From assembly GCA_964016885.1 (NCBI GenBank), contig OZ024741.1, positions 360,716,001-360,780,000 of the forward strand: a DNA stretch of 64,000 bases, given 5' to 3'. Of the stretch, positions 58,632 through 64,000 are shown in pieces. How positions within the stretch are numbered: the stretch's first letter is position 1; each line of letters opens with the position of its first letter. A model generated the notes under the pieces. It was not told where the DNA came from and made no database searches. It saw only the letters and a program-made list of their open reading frames with translations. The position numbers were made by a program, and so were the translations under genes. The DNA comes from Eledone cirrhosa. Taxonomy: Eukaryota.

Positions 58632-60817
58632 GGTTGGTTTGAATTACTGACTGCTAACTAAACCAGAGATCACGCTCTGTCGACTTTTTGGCCCTCCCCT
58701 ACTGTAAGCACTAAATCATTGCACTGTGACCATAGAGATTATAAGCGAGCGAGCGCATACACAACAGCACATGAGAAAGGTTTCACACACAGGCACACAC
58801 ACATATAATATAGATATAAATATATATATGTGTGAGAGAGAGAGAGAGAGAGAGTGTGTGTATGTGTGTATGTATCTATGTATGTATGTGTATGTATAAT
58901 GTTGCGTCGATGTATATGTGTGTATGTTAGTGTAATAAATGAGCAGAGTGTTGATTTATGCTGTTGTACATGTGTCTACTTGCATCAAACGTGTGTACAA
59001 TGTGGTCGCTAAGGAGCCTTTTAGTAGTAATAATTACATTGTGTTATTCTTGCTAATTCTTCTCTCCCTCTCTCTCTCCTCAATCTCTCCCCCTTCTCTC
59101 ACTCTCACCCCAAACGCTCATTCTCTCTGTATCTCTCTTGTTGTCCAGTTTCATCTCTATTTTGTTCATGTTGCTTAATCTTTCTGATTTTTCTACTCTT
59201 TTTATATGTATATGTATATTTATGTTATTTTATTTTAATCTAGTCATATTATAATCCAATAATGAAGTCAGAAAGAACAGGTAAAATGCATGTCCGTAAA
59301 TTTGTTTGAGAGAGGTGAGGGTGAAAGAAAGTTGTCAAAAACAATAATAAAAACTGATATGCATATTAACAAACGTGCACATGGAAAGACCTACGACCAT
59401 GCTGGAGCATTGTCTTGATTTAGTCGATCATATCGACCACCGTACTTATTTTATATATACAGTACATATATATATATATATATATGTGTGTTTGTGTGTG
59501 TGTGTATAGGGAAAGAAGAAGAAGAAGAAGAAAAGAGAAGGAGAATTAGAATGTGGGAGAGAGAGAGAGATGTTGAGAGAGAAGTGGAGCTGACTGCGGC
59601 AATGAAGGGAGTAAAATAGCAAATGAAAGTCACAGGGGGGGGGGTAAGACGAAAGAAAAAAGATAGGAAGAGAGAAAGAGTTAGAAATAGCACGTGTATT
59701 AGAAAGGGGGGAAGAGTGTGTGTGTGTAAGAAGGAGAAAGAAAGAGAAACTATATAGAGAGAAAGGAGGTGAGAAAATGAGATTGCCGGTAATTCCAAAC
59801 TGTTGAAGAAGCCAACCTACCAATGTAATGCCGGTGTTTTAATTGTTGTTAGTAAAATAGATGATTACAAACATATCAACGTTTTGAACCGCGCTCGCTA
59901 TCTCTCTCTCTCTACCTATCTAACCATACATCTATCTTTCTGTGTATCGATATTTCCGTATCTGTCTCTATATCTATCTATCCTCTCTTCTCTCCCTATA
60001 ATAGTCCTCCTTGTTACTTTCAATGTTCCCATCTTTCTCTATCTATCTATCTATCTCTCCATATCCTCATCGATGTGGTTGATTCTCACTCTTTCTTTTT
60101 CTCTTATCCTTTCTCCTCTTCCTCTCTCTCTTTATTCATATTTCTTTCTCCTTTAACTTCATTGTAACTCTGTTACTCTATCTCGCATTTTGCTGACATC
60201 CTTCATCATACACACACACACACACATCTTCCCTCTCTCTTCCTGCATGCTCCGCTGAATCTTTTCTTGTGAACTAACTTTCATTATATCTGTCTTTCTC
60301 AAACGCAATTTATTTGTTTCTCTTTCCTTCTTTGCTATCTACCTATCTATCTATCTATTATTTGTCCCTTTCTTTTGTGCCCCTGTGGCTAATAAAGAAA
60401 CATATCTATCTATCTATTATATTGTGTCATTCCTCCCTACCTTCTAATACGCACACCATCCATTTGACCTTCTCTCTTGCTCCTCTCTAACAAACTCTTC
60501 TATATCTTTTTTCTTCTTTCTCTACGTTTTTTCACCTCTTCTACACACTTCATTCTTTTCTTTCTTATTTTCTTTCTCTCTTTTTTCATCTCCCCCTACC
60601 CCCCTCCTCCCTCTCTCTCTCTCTGACAGAAAGAGGCCAGTAGGTAGTGAGGAATGGGATGCGGTGAATATGACTTCGTTCTTTGCGATTTCAATTATTG
60701 ATCTTATTAAGTCATGTTGCGTGCACACATAATACCCACCCACACATGCATACACATACTGTACATACATACCCACACATACATACATACATACATACAT
60801 ACATACATACATACATA

Positions 60818-60860
<43 letters not shown>

Positions 60861-61344
60861 ACACATACATACCCACACACATACATTCATACACACATAC
60901 ATACATACATACATACATACATACATACATACATACATACACACACGCACACAAAACCGGTCGATGAGTCACCGTCCACTAATAAATATTTCGGAAATAT
61001 AACACGCACAAACACACATACATAAGGACATACACGTACACATTAACTGTGACTAGCTGAAGTGAATAGATGATGAAAATGATATTGGTAGTAATGGTGG
61101 TGGTAGTAGTGGTGATGGTGAGTCTCTGTGTGTCTATTTGTTATCGATTTTTTCATTAATCACAGAATAAAGAATTATTACGATATCCAAATGTTTAGAA
61201 TTGCATGTTGCTTCATACACTGGAGACGGTTTTTTTTTTTCCTTTTTTTCGAAATAATTCCCTTACTATGGAGAAAACAACACATGTAATAAACACACAC
61301 ACACATACACACACACGCACACAAACATATGTGTGTGTGTAAAA

Positions 61345-61525
61345 GGTAAATATATATATTGGAGAAGACCAAGCCCCTATATTAAAGGAGAAAAAAGATG
61401 TTTGCTCTGTACTAGCGAAAAATACAGGATATTACAAGGCTTGAAGTCAGCTATTAGATATCTGAACAGCAAGACCGAGGTGTTCAGAAAATGCTTACAT
61501 ATGAACACACACCTGCTTGAGGCAT
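61345..61525 (+). pseudogene. Penelope-like element C-terminal (GIY-YIG-associated) remnant
   Basis: PYIKGEKRCLLCTSEKYRIL...YLNSKTEVFRKCLHMNTHLL matches the PY...KRC.LC..EK..I...LN.R.E...KC.H.N..LL motif. Confidence 0.75.
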
Positions 61526-62486
61526 GGGCCAACACTATCACGAACTCAACACCAGAATACGCATAGTTGCATACTAACGCGCATATATGTGTCCTATACA
61601 AATTTTGACATGACTTTACGATTAATAACCAATTTTCACAATAATATCACACATCCACAAAGACCTTAGAGAAATTTACACCAAGATACGCATAAGGGCC
61701 TACATACACAAGCAGATACACACATAATCAGTATTTGACTCTAATACACATTATAAGCAAGAGTAAGAGTAATTCTCAATAATATTAGGAAGAGTTATTC
61801 CCCTTGCATTAGGAAAACAAACACGGGGTTATCCTTGCACTTAATGAAATCCCACGTTAATAGTGCCGGCCATCTTTGTTTACAGTTACCTAAAAGATAG
61901 CGTCGCAAGCATATGCCAAAATGCACAATCTAGCATACATGCAGCGTTTGAAACCTGAGGTAGCAACTTTTATGTGTTGAAGACATTAACCATGATAATT
62001 TATTATTGTGATATTATTAACCATCTATAATATTATAAAGCTGAGTGTCGTGCTTATTATGTATGTATGTATCCTACACACCTCCCTATAATTTCTTAGC
62101 TTTATTCTCTTCGTCGCTCTTCCCTTTCTCTATAATAGATCATTCTCCCTCTCTATAATTTAACTGCTTTACTCTCTCTGTCGCTCTTCACTCTCAAATA
62201 TTATAAAGCTGAGCGTCGTCTCTCTCTCCCTCTTTCCACATCTCTATAATTTAACTGCTTTACTCTGTCTCTCTTCACTCTCTATATGACAACACTCTTT
62301 TACTTTCCGTAGAGATGAGCGTCGTATGTAAATTCGGTCAACACATGTATCCTACACACCTCCCTATAGTTTATTAGCTTTACTCTCTATATAATTAAAT
62401 TAATATATATATATAAGGGAAAAATATGAAATCGAAAATGCAACTGGAGTCTTATTTTTTAAAATATATATATATTTATTTGTTTC

Positions 62487-62527
62487 TTTTACCGGTTTCG
62501 CAGTTCTTCTGCTTTTCAAAAGTAGAG
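62487..62527 (-). ncRNA. Degenerate hammerhead-like motif
   Basis: Minus strand TTGAAAA-GCAG(AAGAA)CTGC-GAAA-CCGG-TA followed by AATAAA. The core has two mismatches to CTGANGA. Confidence 0.4.
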
Positions 62528-62840
62528 TTGAGGTGGAGGGTCTGTGGTTTTTCTCACATCTAGTTGGTCTTTGAATGTTACTTGTTTTATATGGAAAAAA
62601 AGTGGCTCGAAATGCCAGGTTTTTAGAGAAGTAATTTGATTGGTTGGTGAATAAGTATAATAAATTTCGCGCCAGTTCGCGTTACAAAATTCTTCAAACA
62701 AAGGGAGGGCTTAGGTTGTTTTTTCATATATGAGTGAAGTTTTGTTGGTTGATGCAGTCATATATATATATAAAACACAATACATACATACATACATACA
62801 TACATACATACATACATACATACATACATACATACATACA

Positions 62841-64000
62841 TTAGATGTAAATTGATACATCTAACGGAATTGAGTGATACTACAAATACAGCCCTTGTAG
62901 ACAACCACCCCACCTCCACTGACAGACAAAGAGAATGGCCAGCTAAATCTAACAGTGAACAGTTCATCAACAATTTTGCTGAAATCCATCCCACTTCCAC
63001 TGAAGAACAGCGAGAAAGGTCAGCTGACTCTAGTAGTAATTGTCACCACATCAACAACGAGGCTGAAATTCATGACTCTACTGAACAAACAGAGCACCAA
63101 AAACTTGTGGGCTCCCTACAAGTGATATGGAACAATATGTTTCAAGAGATACACAGCCTTAATGTGAGTGACAGACCATATAACACTAGAGTCAGTAAAG
63201 AACCCACTAAATTGGAATTGGAAGCGGTGAACGAAATAGCTGGCAGTATCTGAAGGCTATACGATCTAAAGGTGTAGAAACGACATTTGAAACGCTTAAT
63301 GTTTTGTTATATGTTTCAGCTGTCACATTGCTATCATATAACACACATCTAAAACCAGGCAATCAAGATACAAGCAGAAAGCCTGAACCAGCGTGGATGC
63401 GAAATTTAAAATCCAAAATTTTGTTCCTGAGACGAAGTATCTCACACATCGCAGTCGTTATGAAATGCAACATAGAGAGCAACTTCACACGACACCAGGA
63501 AGACCTAAAGAAAAGGTTAGAGAGACGATTTGGAGATACAAAATTTAAAACTTTGAACTCCAAATTACACCAGTTGAAACAACAACTCACAGCTACAACA
63601 AAAAGACTGAAATATAAGTCAACAGCACATAAACGACAAGTGCTAAATAGATTGTTTGCCAGAGATCCTAAATCAGTTTATCGCAGCTTCGGTGGCAAAA
63701 GCTCAATCTCTGTAAATGACACCCCTTCAAAAGAACAGGTTGAGAGCTACTGGAGACCTGTATGGGAAACGGATGACGGATTCAACAGACAAGCTAATTG
63801 GCTAAAAGAACTGGAACAGGACTACTGCCAACATGTCCAGACAAAACAATATGACATAGATGGGTCAATACTGGAAACAGCTCTACAGAAAATGTCGAAT
63901 AGGAAATCGCCAGGCCCAGATCTCATTACAGGATACTGGTTGAAGAATTTCACTTTCTATCGGCAAGATCTCATACGGCTGTTTACAGAAACCATTAAGG
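62841..64000 (+). mobile_element. Dong/R4-clade non-LTR retrotransposon, pre-RT region, runs off the window
   Basis: After one frameshift near 63245 the frame is open to the end: LNVLLYVSAV, PAWMRNLKSKILFLR, LKQQLTA, NRLFARDPKSVYR, ESYWRPVWE...FNRQANWL, NRKSPGPDLITGYWLKNF. Begins directly after (TACA)n. Confidence 0.85.

Overview
This is repeat-dense, AT-rich animal genomic DNA. The SINE/LINE/microsatellite mix resembles a coleoid cephalopod such as Octopus (inference). Nearly all long ORFs are either transposon-derived or (TA)n/(CA)n microsatellite artefacts. Retroelements: two RTE-clade LINE subfamilies (several copies, with a C4HC3 PHD-like insert after the RT), a 5'-truncated CR1/L2-type LINE with an uninterrupted RT frame, the start of a Dong/R4-type LINE at the right edge, at least three SINE families, and Penelope-like remnants with minimal hammerhead ribozyme motifs. 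DNA elements: a hAT (Buster/Charlie-like) element with TIRs and an 8-bp TSD, TTAA-flanked piggyBac-like MITEs, and Helentron-like elements. One credible host-gene feature is a first coding exon on the minus strand (58413-58631) whose end resembles calmodulin-lysine N-methyltransferase; if real, most of the window is intronic. The most notable observations are a hammerhead-bearing ~205-bp inverted repeat, a 610-bp internally deleted RTE derivative present as two near-identical copies, direct SINE-LINE tail sharing, and many inverted repeat pairs that could form dsRNA. No prokaryote-type system (CRISPR, operon) is present.
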